Shown here piece after piece: positions 10,189 through 23,475 of a stretch of DNA of 64,000 nucleotides (position 1 is its first letter; each line of letters opens with the position of its first letter). This stretch comes from Azolla caroliniana (Eukaryota; Plantae; Polypodiophyta), in assembly GCA_043228905.1 (NCBI GenBank), contig JBHGNT010000011.1:9858001-9922000 (forward strand), given 5' to 3'. Made by a program: the position numbers and the translations under genes. The notes under the pieces are model-generated. The model searched no databases. It saw only the letters and a program-made list of their open reading frames with translations, and was not told the DNA's origin.

Positions 10189-13100
10189 TCAGACGTCAAC
10201 TTTGACCATCCTGGAGCAAACTTGGACAGCTTCACCAACTGTCAAGAAAAACCATTCCTGCCCCAACTCGTCCACGAATCCTGAGTCATTCAATTTCTGC
10301 ATTACTCCACTCCCAGGGTTTGCAAAAGCCATCTGCTAACAAGCAAAAAAGTAAAAAATAAAAACTGAATTACAATGGATGATTATGTGCATCATTTGAT
10401 TTAAAGTTCACAACAAAAGAGCACCTGAATTCCTCGCTTTTCCAAAGTTTTCAGCAAATCCTGGAATGCATGAATACCTGTAGTGTCGATGTTTGTTACA
10501 GCTGAAAAGAAAAGATTCCCTCATAGAAAGTCAGTCACTACAGAAAAAATGCACACTTGGAATGAAATAAAATAACGATTACATTGCACAACATACTCAA
10601 TACTTACGGGACATCTCAATTATTGCATATTGAATGGGAACTCCATTTTCTTTCTGGAGTCTATCCTTCTCATCGTCCAGCCACCTCAATATCCTAAGCA
10701 AGTGTTTCTTTACAGGGTAAGATCAAGTAGAGGAGAAGAAAAAAGAAACCAGATTCTCTTTAGTAAGAATTAGATGGTAACCTTTCCCGAATGTAATTAG
10801 AATTCGAGAAGTACATAGCTGCGTCTATCCTGACAATCAAAACACCAGCCTTTCTGTTTGCATCGGGATATTGCTGGACATTCCGATATATGCTCGTCCC
10901 TGGAATGTTCCCCAAGAGAGCTGTATGCGGCCTTGTCACATGTAAAAGGATCTTTGCCAAAGAGAGTGCAACCTGAAAATCACACATGAGAAGTTCAATT
11001 TCAACTGAAAATGAAGAGAAACTAATAGGGTTCATTGAAAGAGAAACACCGAAGGAATCTAGGCAAAAACAATGGGGCTAAATAATAATATTACCGCAAT
11101 GAGAAGTCCAATTTCAACAGAGACAAAGAGAACACCAAGAAATGCACCCATGCATGCTACGAAGTCCAGCTTATCTATCTTCCAGATCAAGATGGCTGCC
11201 TTTACATCAATCAGATTAATCACAGCATTGATGATGATGGAAGCCAGAATGCAGCTTGGAGTGTTGTGGAAGAGGGGGGTGGCAACTGCCAATACAACAA
11301 GAACCATCGCCGACATAACCATGTTTGAAACAGGGGTCCTACATCCCGCGTTATAATTCACAGCTGATCGAGAGAAAGAACCTACTCTCCAACCAACCAG
11401 CCAACCATGACACATGAGATACTCGAAAGGGAGTTAAAAACATACTCACAGAAGAACATACATATATAAATGTGTGTGTGTGTGTGTGTGAAGAAAGCAC
11501 AGCACTACGACTTCAAATTTCTATCTTGAACAATGGTAAAACAAACCGGCCACACATGAGATATTGTGACCGAACACAAACAAAAATAATCACCCTATTC
11601 TTATATATAAAGAATAGGTAGGACTGATATCAAATTTCCATGATAAACAATACTTTACCTGTGGCGACATAGCAAGAACTGCATGAGCCCACCATGTTCA
11701 TGATTCCGAAAGCTATCATCTCTTTATTTCCATCAATATTATAGTTCTTGATTGATGCAAAAGTTCTTCCAATCGCAATCGCTTCCTGCAATATAGCATT
11801 TGGAATCAGAGGATTCTTTACAAGAATGCTTGTCATAGCAGTCCATAGTAGTGGCCTGCCTGGTAAACCGGAAACACACACACACATCTAAGACTTCGAA
11901 GGTCCCTAAATCTATAACACATCAATTTTAAGTAGGCTATAAGTTGGATGGGCTTTTTAGCCACTGGATGGTTGGGTTAAAATTTATCATCTCCTACTCT
12001 GGTGTTCTAGTAATAACCTTATTACACATATTGCAATAGTCAGATATAAAAAGGTCACAAAGCTGACTAGATCTTCCCATGACATACAAACGTACATTAC
12101 AAAGATTGGTTTTATTACCGCAAGTGCTATTATGGCTGCTTCAAATCCAATTAGAAGAGCAACTTTCAGCATTTCTCCTTGAAACATTAGGCGCCCCACA
12201 GACGAGGGGTTGATGTGGCCATCAAGTTTACCAACCTGCATGCATGTATTATAAATATGTTTCAGACATTAAGACAGGATGACATATGCTGAAAATAAGC
12301 AACAGCATTCCAAAACATACTATAGCAACACCATGCTTTTCTACGTGCGTGATTGTCACAAAGATGGTTGAAAGAATAACTGACGTAAGGGGAGCGATCG
12401 CTGCGATCCAGAAGAGCTTGGGCTTCTTCCTAGACTAAACATTTAAAAGACACTCAAATCCTGTTTAGCTTCAAATGCATAGTAAAGAAAAAGATTCTTT
12501 AAAAAAAGTAGAAGTGGTGACTCACAATGAATTTAGCGACAAGGAGAAACGCCAAGAAAAACAGCCCAATCAAGATGGTCTGCCAATTCCACTGCAGTAA
12601 AGAATCAACAAGCACAAAGGAATGTTCAATCAAAAATTGGCAAATATATATAAAGCTCAATCGTCATGTCGTTCTGTTTTACCTCTGTGGTGTGCTCAAA
12701 TACCGAATTTAATACAGAAATGATATCTGTTTTCTTTGTAAAGGATGCTGTAGATATACCAAGCAGCCCTTTTAACTGCTGTAGTCCAATGGTGATGGCA
12801 GCACCACCCATGAACCCAACAATTGCAGCATGGGAGAGAAAATCAACTATGAATCCAAGTCTACAAAAAGGGAATCATCCAATCAATCATCTAAAAATAT
12901 CAAAGCCATGATCAAGCAAAACAAAACCCAAAGGAAATTCACTCCCAAACGGAGAAACAAACCAAATTCCTTGATAGTCAAAATACCATTTTCCAACCAA
13001 GCAAAAACATTTTCTCACTGGAAAATCTAATAAATTTGATGTCATTGTCCAAACCTCAACAAACCAAGTGCAGCCTGAAATACTCCAGCAAAGAAAGTAG

Positions 13101-13767
13101 CTGTGAAGATAAGACCAAGATATGCATCCCGATAGGCTGAGCATGCATCATTGATGAACTCAGTGGATGTCGTGTCACACCTATCAGTCGCAGACACTGG
13201 TAGCGGCAATTCTTTCATCGCCAGGGTACCCAAAAGTATAGAAACCACAGCAACAGGACCAATCGCAATATCTCTCGACACCCCAAACACTGCATATACC
13301 AAAGGTGGAACAAAGCTTGTATCTGGACACCATTAAAATAGAGAACCAAAAACATCGTGAGTCAATGGCGAAACGAAATTATGTATGGTGACATATACTC
13401 TGTTGTAAGAAACAGTTAAAGACATGTAATCAAGGAAATATTGAGAACCAGAGAGAGAGAGAGAGAGAGAATTAAGAGTATAGTGAAAGACTCTTCATCT
13501 TCTCTAGTAAGAAGAAACACACTTACAAAGTCCATAAATGGGAGGAATCCCTGCAAGCTTGGAATAACCAATGTCCTGTAAAGTGGAGAAAAAGTGTGAG
13601 CAGAAATATGAGCAAGGTGAGGAGCAAAAGAGCTCCATATGCTTACACATATATAAAGAGCATGGAAGTATTATGTACATATGCACATACATATATACAT
13701 GTGTGTGTGTGTGAGAGAGAGAGAGTGTGTGTCCACTGTCTATTATACATATGTATGTGTGTATACA

Positions 13768-13799
<32 letters not shown>

Positions 13800-14322
13800 G
13801 ATATAGTCTTATATATATGTATTCATGTATGGAAGTATAAATGTGGGGAATTATTTGTTTTTGTAGGAATGCCACTCCTTAATTGAGGTGCGGCAGAAGG
13901 GAAGGAAATACCTGCGGAATGGAGAGGCTTCCAATGGTGAGGCCAGAGATAAGGTCGTGCCTCAGTGTGGGGAGGTTATATCCTCTCCCCCACTCCATGA
14001 CGGGGAAGAGGATCTTCAAGCCGAGCGAGACGCGGCCCAAACAACCCCCCGACACGTTCTTCAGATTCTTCCAAGACCTCAGAGGACCGTTATAAAGCAA
14101 TGCTTCCTTCATTACACCCTCGATTCCTTTCACGAACGTGGCTTTCTCGGGAATACCCACCCTGTGCACAAACGTACTCGCCATTGTTGCTTCTTCTTCT
14201 TCTTCTTCTTCTTCTTCATCCTCATCCTCATCTCTCCCTCTTCCCTCTTCTTCCCTTCCATGCTCATCGAAGACACGAGCTCCACGACAGTCGTCGTCGT
14301 CGTCTCCTTTGTCGCTGCTCAT
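10189..14322 (-). CDS. SULTR: Sulfate transporter (SLC26/SulP family with C-terminal STAS domain), 13 exons, about 704 aa
   Basis: GT-AG exons: 14322-13912, 13575-13527, 13322-13055, 12860-12683, 12591-12526, 12434-12321, 12235-12119, 11785-11659, 11381-11095, 10972-10782, 10693-10608, 10501-10425, 10332-10189. They sum to 2115 nt in frame and end in TGA. Motifs: [70 protein letters not shown]. Confidence 0.95.
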
Positions 14323-14361
14323 TCTTTTGGGATTGAGCAAAAACAGAAAACCGAATTAATA

Positions 14362-14830
14362 GGAGGAAGAAGAAGAAGAAGAAGAAGAAGAAAGAGGATT
14401 GAAAAATGCTAAGCTATATGTATAGCTAGGGTTAGCAGTAGCAGTAGTAATCTGTGAATGGAGGAGGAGGAGGAGTCATGATCGATTGAGAGCATATCTA
14501 TCTCTATGTATGTATGTATGTATGTATGTATGTATGTATGTATGTATCAATCTGTGCCCGACTTTCCTTCTTCTGGTGGCTGGCTGCTGTCGTGAGAGAT
14601 CATCGTAGAGCCTTAAGGAAACAGAGCAGTCAAAGATATGTTGTATGCATATATGTATATGTATATATATATATATATGTACATACATACATACATATAC
14701 ATATATGATATACGTATACATACATTTTGAGTTCTTGATCATTTTGGTTCATGTATGTATGTATGTATGTATGTATGTGAGGGAGGTGGAGGTGGAGGTG
14801 GGAGGGAGGAAGGAGGAAGGAGGGGGGATG
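14362..14830. repeat. Microsatellite-rich 5' UTR/promoter region of the sulfate transporter ((GAA)n, (GGA)n, (TATG)n, (TA)n)
   Basis: Simple repeats are directly visible upstream of the ATG at 14322. Confidence 0.7.
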
Positions 14831-17800
14831 TATTTGGCCACCTTTGTGACCCTCAATTCTTCACATGCAACGTGGCTCCTCATCAAGCTAAGCTATAACT
14901 CTAGCTCTAGCTCTATATACATTTATGTACATATATGTATAGATATCGACCGACCAACACACACAGTGTGTGCCTCCTTGCGTGCAGAACCTCATTATGT
15001 TGGTTGGTCAATCACTACTCTATGACCACATGTTGCAGTGGTGGGACAAGGCAAATCCTGCGCACCTCCTCGACACATGCAAAAGCCGCGTCATGATGTT
15101 GAGCACTACTGGGACAACGCCACATAACATCTGGATGGGCCGGGATTTGTTTCCCCACCACACATTCCTCTCCCTTGCAAAGGGCTTTGCATTTTGTTAC
15201 GACATTGCTACATTAAAACGTGAGGGATTAAATTTGAGATCCCTTTCCACGTACCCCCTCATCCACGTAGGAATTATGTATGTGGCGCCTCGCCACCAAA
15301 AGTTCATAATGTGGAAAGTGGACTCTTTTTCCTAGTTGCCCCCATGAGCCTTGAACACGCATCTACAATGCCTCACCTCCATAATGTCAAACATTATAGG
15401 GAAAACATGAAGGAACAATAAACTTCCTTTTCTAAGAAGAATATATGTCTTATGATTGTTCAACATAAAAACAAAAACACAATGGAATCCCCTCACATCA
15501 TATACTAGTAGTAAATGTACACAAGTCTTTCATCGTTTCACAAACACTTTTGACTTTCGTACAATTACGTGTGTTTTGATGCTTGAGAGTTTTATTTATA
15601 TCACTAGAGACAATGTCTACCGATGACTTTGAAGAATATAAAGAACAAAATGTGACCTTTCAATTTCATCCTCGAGTTCCCAATCATTTCAAGATTATAT
15701 TGACTTTCCCACCTAGCTCACGACCTTTATTATTTTTGTTTTTTTCCCGTCATAATAGTTTTAAACTTTTGGTTAGGATTTTGTAAGGAATTGTGTAAAC
15801 GTCCTTTCATTTCGAGAGTAGAATGAAAATGGAACCTACATTTATATCAAATTTCATGTTTTGTGAAAAAGGTATGGTGTTAATTAACTCAATATAAAAG
15901 CGGGACTAAAGTTATTATTAAAAGCCTAGACCAATCATTCTGGTTGCACTTCATTTTAAATACTTATAAGTTATTATGAGGAGTTTGAAACTAAGACTAC
16001 AACAAGACAATCCTAGGTCTCTCCTCTTGAGTCTACACCGTCTAGATGATAGCGAAATGCAACCCCGACCTTTTATTCATATGTTTCACACATGGGGCTA
16101 CATCATGTTGTTACTACCTTATTCTCCCTTGTCGAAATCATTGGTTCTAGAAAACAAATGCAGGAAATATTTTCCCCTTACTAGGAGCTTTGGAGGAACA
16201 CTTGTCTTTTTGCGTCTCTAAAATGTGTTCTAGCTCAAATAATATTATATGTGATGAAATTTGGAACATACCATGTGCACCAAAAATGTCCTAGTCAAGA
16301 GAATATGAGGACATTGGTTTGGAATCCCTTAAAAAATATTTTTCGTTTGACATTGCTAACATGATAAATAGAAAGAACCTTACTTTACGAAGGTAAATCT
16401 AAATTGTTTGGCCCCTCTCAAATCCAATTAAGAATTGCGAATAGATCACAATACTAGATGCATGAGTGGCCTAGAGAATTGATCAATAGATCAATCGATC
16501 CATGAGAATACATTCTAACTTCAAACCAACATGATTTTTTTCTAGCAATAAACTTAATAATTTGAACAAGTCTATCCACTACTATTCACACAAAGTCATG
16601 AGTACCTCGCCTCTAGGTGATTGTAGGTGGTTCGACAATGAAATCCTTCACCACTTTGCATCGAGATTTTATGATGGTTCTAGTAAATCTCCTATATTGA
16701 GTCATTAAGATTATGAGTTGATTCTCCCACACACTATTGAACAATTGTGGCCAATGAAATTGATGGCGTACATTGGACATACGCTTTAGAGGTAGGGACA
16801 CAAGCTCTACTTTATGATGGAAACCCCCATTCTCAATAATGAAATTCCTTAATCATATTTGTTCATTTGTAATAAAGGAAGGAATAAGCACAGACATCTT
16901 ACTCATGTCGTCTTCTTTATGAAAATCTATTGCACATATTATATTTTGAGTCATAGCCACATTGGCCACCTGGCCCAATCCAATATACAACTAAGAATGA
17001 TGCCATGTATACTGAATATTCAACTATTTGGAAACACTAGTATATTATAGACACATCATAATACTAATATATCGTAGACTTATAAAAGTATTGCTCTGAT
17101 AATTACAAGCAAGCAAAAGACCTACCCAATACAACCATGCTCAATTTGAACAATGTTGACAACTTGACATTTACATAATGATAGCAAACAACAATAGTTG
17201 TATGGGGAAGCGCACACAATTGACAACATTGATGAGCAATAGGGAGGGACAACAAAAAAAAATTGGTCACCTTGAGGACAAGTGACGATCATGGAGGGGC
17301 AATAAACAAAAACAATCGATAGTACTATGCAAAACATTATAGATAATAAGGAAAGGGAAAAAATAAAAAACAACTTTTGTTAATTAGGGTTAAAAAACTA
17401 AACCTTTTTTCTTTCGTAATTAAACAAACTTATCTTCTAAAAAACAACATGATCTTATACCATTATGCCATAATCCCAAAATAGTTTTATTCCTAGGTTT
17501 CACTCATGGAGGTTATTTATTTCCTTAACCTTCATACACGTGTAAGAATCTCATGTTTGAACTACCATATTAATAAAAATAAAAATAATTTTGGTGCTAA
17601 TTACCTCATTAATCTTTTGGTAAGCATGGGTGATGCTTTTTTGTATGACATCAAAATAATTTAAGAAAAAATATGTTATTGCTTTGGGCATTCCTTCCCT
17701 ATTTGGCTTTGCATACTGAACCCTTTGTTAAGAAAAATATTGTTGTGCCCTCATACAAAAGTGTGCTCACAAAGTGGTTAGGAATGTTCAAAGGTGTAAG

Positions 17801-18344
17801 CTAAAATGAGTGAAAATTTCTAGTTATACGTATTCGGACAAAAAGTACTAATGAAATATTGTCTTGCACATACTTTCATCACAACTTTATTTTAGTGGAT
17901 TCGACTCCAATATGACATCATCTTGTGTTCGCAATAATTGACATGTAAAGTTAAATATCTTCAAGATCTTATGGTATAATGTTGCATCTCAAAATGCAAA
18001 CTCAATGAGATGAACACTCAATTTCAAAAGATTTTGTGGTATGTAAACATCAAATTCGATGACTATTGTGGCAATTACAAATTGTTCTACAGTATTATTG
18101 CCTAGAGGTAATATACGTACATCAATAGAATTGTGTGGACAAATGATTATAATTCTAGGGAACCCATTGAAATATGTTGCATGTATTAGAATTTCGAAAG
18201 ACATTTGCTTGCCAATTTTCAAAACTACCTACATATGCTTAGTCAAAGTATCATCTCCTATTATCATCAGACTAGACTATGTAACCAGTGACCACATATG
18301 GAAAATCATATGCAATATTGAACACATGGTCAATTCAACAATTA

Positions 18345-19010
18345 ATGTGGCAACTAGCCTTACACAATGTTGTTATTGCAGTGACATGCAAGAAACTACC
18401 AAGCATGCTCTCTGGTCATGCTCAATAGCCCAACAGGTATGGAATAAAGTTATCTCTTTATTCCTAACAATTAATGTGGGCCGCCTCTTCTCTCGGGGAT
18501 CAACAGTATGGGGGGTTCTCCATTCCAGTCCCTTGTTGTATGAAGCAGATGATGCTCCGGAGGCTATGACAGTCATCAACAAACATCTAATTACTGCCTC
18601 CCCTTTTTAGCAACCTCGTAAGCAAATGCATGCAGCCCATGTATGGAAAACAATATATATGGTTACATTATGGATATGATGGAAGTATCGTTATGAGTCC
18701 ATAATTCCTCTTCTCTCAAATATATTGCCGGAATTACGGGGGAGCTTATTGGAGGTTGTGCGGGGGCAATATGACAATATGCCTGGCTCTTCGAAGGTTG
18801 TTCTCAAGAAAAGGAAAAAATTACTGCAATTATGGAGGAAGTTGCCTCTGTTCGCAGTCTCCTCTAAAGGACTGTTATGGAGATATCAACACCCTTGGTC
18901 CTTGCCCTGACCATTTCTTTTGTGTATAATACTCTCTGATTTTACATTTTGTAGCCCTCTGGCACTTTTCCTAATACTAATGAAGGAAATCTTTTTGAAA
19001 AAACAAACAA
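18345..19010 (+). mobile_element. L1-type LINE 3' fragment (zf-RVT region and A-rich tail)
   Basis: CCYCSDMQETTKHALWSCSIAQQVW zinc finger, then a degenerate W..WKYR motif. Ends CTAATGAAGGAAATCTTTTTGAAAAAAC, similar to the L1 ends near 58700 and 62930. Confidence 0.7.
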
Positions 19011-19909
19011 TTAATTTGGCTAATTAAAAAGTCCTCATTAAAAACATAATTAATGAGTACAAACCAACATTAGCTTGTCATTATCTCAATTATGACATAA
19101 TTACTTTTTAACAACAGAGTAATTAATAATTAAATATAATGAACAAAACCATTCTTCCTAACTACCACAAGCTAATCTTCATAATTGTACATTGATATTT
19201 TTGGATTAGGTATCAATGATGCACTTAATGTTAATTTCCTTGTGATTAAGAGTCTATACTTAACACAAACAAATTTGGGAAGAAAACCAAGCACACTTTT
19301 TAAGATTCTAATATATAAAAGCATCTTTCAATAGTTTGCTATTTTATATTAATCTCCATGTATTAGAGGGATCATTCACTTATTATTTTGTGTTGATTGA
19401 TTTGTTATGTACAATGATATAATGTGTCTTTTCTATCAATATGTGTGAACATGAGTTGACTAGCTTTACGTAATGCACAACATATGGAGCACATCAGTAT
19501 TTTTTAATTTGGACCACTGTTTTGCTAACTTCGCAATGCATTTGCTCTTGAATTAACTCTGCCGAATAAAAATATCCCTTGTATGTTTTTCCCCATCAAA
19601 TACTGTGAATCCGGCCTTGTTTTTTGAACATGATGTTGATACCTTTAGAGATGGAGTCCTAGATTTAACTTTTGCCAAAGTTGTATATTTCGTAACTTGG
19701 GAGTCGGGACCATTAATTCTTCCAGCTTTGTATTTTTTGCCTCACACATTCTCATTGAATAACAAAACTTTACATGCAAGACACATTGGGGTGTAATTGG
19801 GACCATTGTTTTTCTAGCTTTGCATCTTCTTTCTCTCAAATATTCTCCTTGAATAAGAAGATTTTACGTGCAAGGCACAATGTGATACATTGTGTCTTTA
19901 TTAAGTGTA

Positions 19910-19914
<5 letters not shown>

Positions 19915-19956
<42 letters not shown>

Positions 19957-20183
19957 AACGTCTTCTAAGACCAAAATTGGTCCATGAGATCATTTTCATT
20001 GAAAGTAAAAATAAAATAAGATAAAATACAACTTAAGCTAAAGAGTTCTCAAAATGGTAGAGAGAGAGAGAGAGAGATACTAACGTCTTCTAAGACCAAA
20101 ATTAGTCCATGAGATCATTTTCATTGAAAGTAAAAATAAAACAAGATAAAATACAACTTAAGCTAAAGAGTTCTCAAAATGGT

Positions 20184-20214
<31 letters not shown>

Positions 20215-20215
20215 A
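19915..20215 (-). mobile_element. Two tandem very short RTE-X family-1 3' termini embedded in (AG)n
   Basis: CTAACGTCTTCTAAGACCAAAATTGGTCCATGAGA...GAAAGTAAAAATAAAA...TAAAGAGTTCT occurs twice and matches the LINE 3' end at about 23480-23610. Confidence 0.8.
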
Positions 20216-20737
20216 CATTACCAAAGGAATGTGTTTCTTTTATTATGTGGAATTGGAACATAGTAGGCATCAATTACTTTCATGCCCAATGGTTAGAATG
20301 GTTTGGAGGTGTATCAAAATTGTGTGGATGTCTTTGATTAGAGTAAAGTCATTCAATTAGGTTTTTGCACATATGGAGAACAATGGAATAATGCCTTATT
20401 CCCCAAATATTTTTGAGTTCTTCAAGTTTTGGGGGATGTGGTTCAATTGGAATATGTGGAATATCGTCACTTTTGATTTGCAAGTTGGGGTAAAAAATAT
20501 GTTGTAAAGTTAGAAGGACTTATTTTGTGGCAATTGACAATGGTGGAGAAGTCACAAAATCTCAACCATGAAGAGAGCCAACTTTGCAAGGTCACATATC
20601 ATCATATTCGCCATTAAATTAGTGTGTAAAGTGGGATTGAGTTTCTAGTTGTACTTGTATTCAAATCCCTAGAATAGTTCTATACTTTGTTGTTAGTCAT
20701 GGTGGTGTTTTTCCTTTTAAAATGAAGGTCATTATTT

Positions 20738-20741
<4 letters not shown>

Positions 20742-20776
<35 letters not shown>

Positions 20777-21376
20777 CTATTATTGTCTTTGGAGGTCAAA
20801 CATGACATATGAGACCAAAAATATTACATTTCATGTGATACATGTAAAAGTGAGTAGTGACTCTCAATGTTCAAGAACTTTACCAATGAATGTTGCAATT
20901 GAGAGTGCACATTATGGTTGTGAGAGAAATTCGTGCAAGTATTAGGCTTGGTCGAAGATGTGTGGAAAACATGATCGAAGAGAGTATTGTATCGAAGTGT
21001 GATGCTAAGACTCTCAAACTTGTTCAGGGCAAAGTGTGCATATTCGACCACTCTCATCACTTGTGCCCCAACACCCCGTCTCACATCGCAATACATGTGA
21101 AGTAAGTCGCATGGAAGTAATGGTTTGAATGGCAGACAACAGGATGGGCTCTAACATGTATCGATGTGTAAGGTTTTCCATTCGGCGAAGAATATGGTTT
21201 TGTTGTTAAATGCAACATGTGTAGTATAATTTGTAAAGCATGAGCCTCCACATTTATCCCATTTCATGATACTTTGGCGTTGCAAAAAAACCTCATTTAT
21301 AGAAGAATCTAGTGATGTATCATGAAACAAGTGTGTTGCATCCCATTTGCCAAACCAGTTTTCAATATTTTGCATC
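20742..21376 (-). mobile_element. RTE-X family-2 LINE 3' fragment
   Basis: Homologous to 29731-30374 (MRL.SH.LRC..G.W...S.ICTLC motif). Its 3' end abuts (AG)n at about 20742-20773. Confidence 0.8.
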
Positions 21377-22585
21377 TGTTGAGAATCAAGCTCAACCTAG
21401 ACTAGTGTGTGACCACACCTTTGAGAATCTATGAGCAATCAAAGGTCAAAAGTCACCATTACTCTCTACACATTAACTATGTGTCATAGAATCATATTCT
21501 ATGGCACATAACTAATGAGTTTCCACATTCCCAATGACCGATGAGCTTTGGTAGTTAATGAAGAGAGAGGGTGACTATATAAATCACCCTCCTCCTACTT
21601 TGTAATGTGTAGATTAATCTCCTTTGTAATATACATTTTCTTGAGTATTCTATTTTCTATTCTGTCTATCTTGTGTCTCTCTCCTCTCCTCTTCTAAAAC
21701 ACACACAAAAACACACAACCAACATCTCTAACCTATTCCGATGCACAAAATCACCATTGATTCTTTACATGGTATTAGAGTGATCTAGTAGCTCGATCTA
21801 GCCCATTCGCGTGTGTCGTGTTCTACACCGACATTCAAGAAGAACCGGCTCATCGCTATCGTAGTGCAACTACATAGCTCGTGTTTGAGAGAGAAGGAAA
21901 AGAAGGAAGAAATCTTCATCGACATAATGAATACTGAAATGGGGAGCGCTCTCCCTAGTTAAAAGTTGGATAAAAACAACTTCGCATCTTGAGTACAAGA
22001 TGCACCAATACCTTGTTGGCTAAGGCTATTGGAACTACATCAAAGGAGCACAAGAAAATCGACCCGACCCAACGACTCCCGAATACTCAAAATGGGAGCA
22101 AGCCGCAAGCCGGGTGATGTATTGCTTGACAACATGTGTTCATGACCACATGTTTCACTACATTCGAGAAGCCAAGACGCCAAAGGAAGCTTGGGAGAAT
22201 CTCAAGAAGATATTCGTCGCCAATACGATGGCACAAAAGCTTCAACTCTACCAAGAGTTGAACAACATCCAACAACGGGACACATACATCACGAGCTACA
22301 CCTTGAAGATCAAGGAGCTTTGTGATTCGCTCGACTCAATAAGCGTCAATGTGGATGATGACGAAATGGTGCAAATATGCCTCGACCGCCTCGCACCACG
22401 GTTCAGCGTGATGAGAACCACCGTTCTAGCAAGGGAGAATCCTCCCTCTTTCTTCGATCTTCAATCAATGCTATTGGTTGAAGAAAATCATGTTCAAACT
22501 AAGAGCAATGCCTCGGAAGGCCACATGCTCTACACACACTCAGATGGAGGAAGAGGACGTGGCCGAGCAAGAAGAGGCCGATCAT
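21377..22585 (+). mobile_element. Copia 5' fragment: LTR, tRNA-Met PBS and gag
   Basis: LTR TGTTGAG...TTTACA (21377-21769), PBS TGGTATTAGAG (21770-21780), gag KTPKEAWENLKKIF...LQSMLLVEE. Same lineage as the element at 24871-39467. Confidence 0.85.
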
Positions 22586-22599
22586 GGATGATCCTGGCA

Positions 22600-23290
22600 A
22601 CTTGCTTGGGATTCATTGGCTATGGTGGTTCTGAAGTTGGATGTTTGGACATGGTTGCATGGGAATGATCCAAGTTTTACTTTCTAATCTGCTCAACATA
22701 GACAAACATGGAGTTGGTTAGATAGAATGTATGTGATGCAAGATGATTTGTTTTTACTGACATAATTTCGTATGTTAGTTCTACAAGATGTAGGAACTTC
22801 AGATCACTTTCCTATTTGTTTGGAGGTTTGTAGTCATGCAATTGACATGTATAAATCCTTACTTGGAAAGCCTCCATTACACTTTAACTCTTCTCTTTTG
22901 CTTCAACCTCACTTTGATTCTCTCATGGAGCAAATTTTGGTCAATTTTTCACAAGAAGTGAATCTTAAAGGAGTTAAAGGATGGGGGATTTCACGTTACG
23001 AAACATTAAGATCATTCATCGTATGTATGGAGTAACTAATGCTCAACAAAGAAGAGGTCTTCTTTGACAATTCTCACAAGTTCTCTCCAAGTGTAATGCA
23101 TTATTGATACATGCACAATTAGATGAGGAGCTTTTGGATATCCAAAGTCAATTGCAGGTTATTATTTCTCATTTGCAATGCCAAGTTATCATAATGAGAA
23201 GATGCATCAACTAAGGGATGGACTCATAGATAATCAATGCCAATCTCATTTGTTTTTCCAAGCATTACATCCTACTTATGCTCGATCTAA
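22600..23290 (+). mobile_element. Degenerate L1-type LINE endonuclease fragment
   Basis: LDRMYV and SDHFPICL APE motifs, followed by FNSSLL. Confidence 0.6.
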
Positions 23291-23415
23291 TGTGTTACAT
23301 GTGACATATTCCACTACCCATGTAGTGTAGTTAGTGGGTAACCATACTCCATTGTCACACCCATTGTAAGTAGTGTTTCTTACACACATTTATTAATATA
23401 ATTGTGTGTTTTCAC

Positions 23416-23475
<60 letters not shown>

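Noticed and set aside
10189-14500. miR395 target site in the sulfate transporter transcript
   Set aside because: No convincing match to CTGAAGTGTTTGGGGGAACTC was seen by eye in the exons or 5' region. A proper target scan was not possible.
13504-15025. ORFs rich in YVCM/HTYI repeats
   Set aside because: Translations of (TATG)n, (TG)n and (TA)n microsatellites in intron 1 and the promoter.
15500-16350. Possible MITE or DNA-transposon remnants upstream of the sulfate transporter
   Set aside because: The sequence looks repeat-like, but I could not identify paired TIRs or a TSD.
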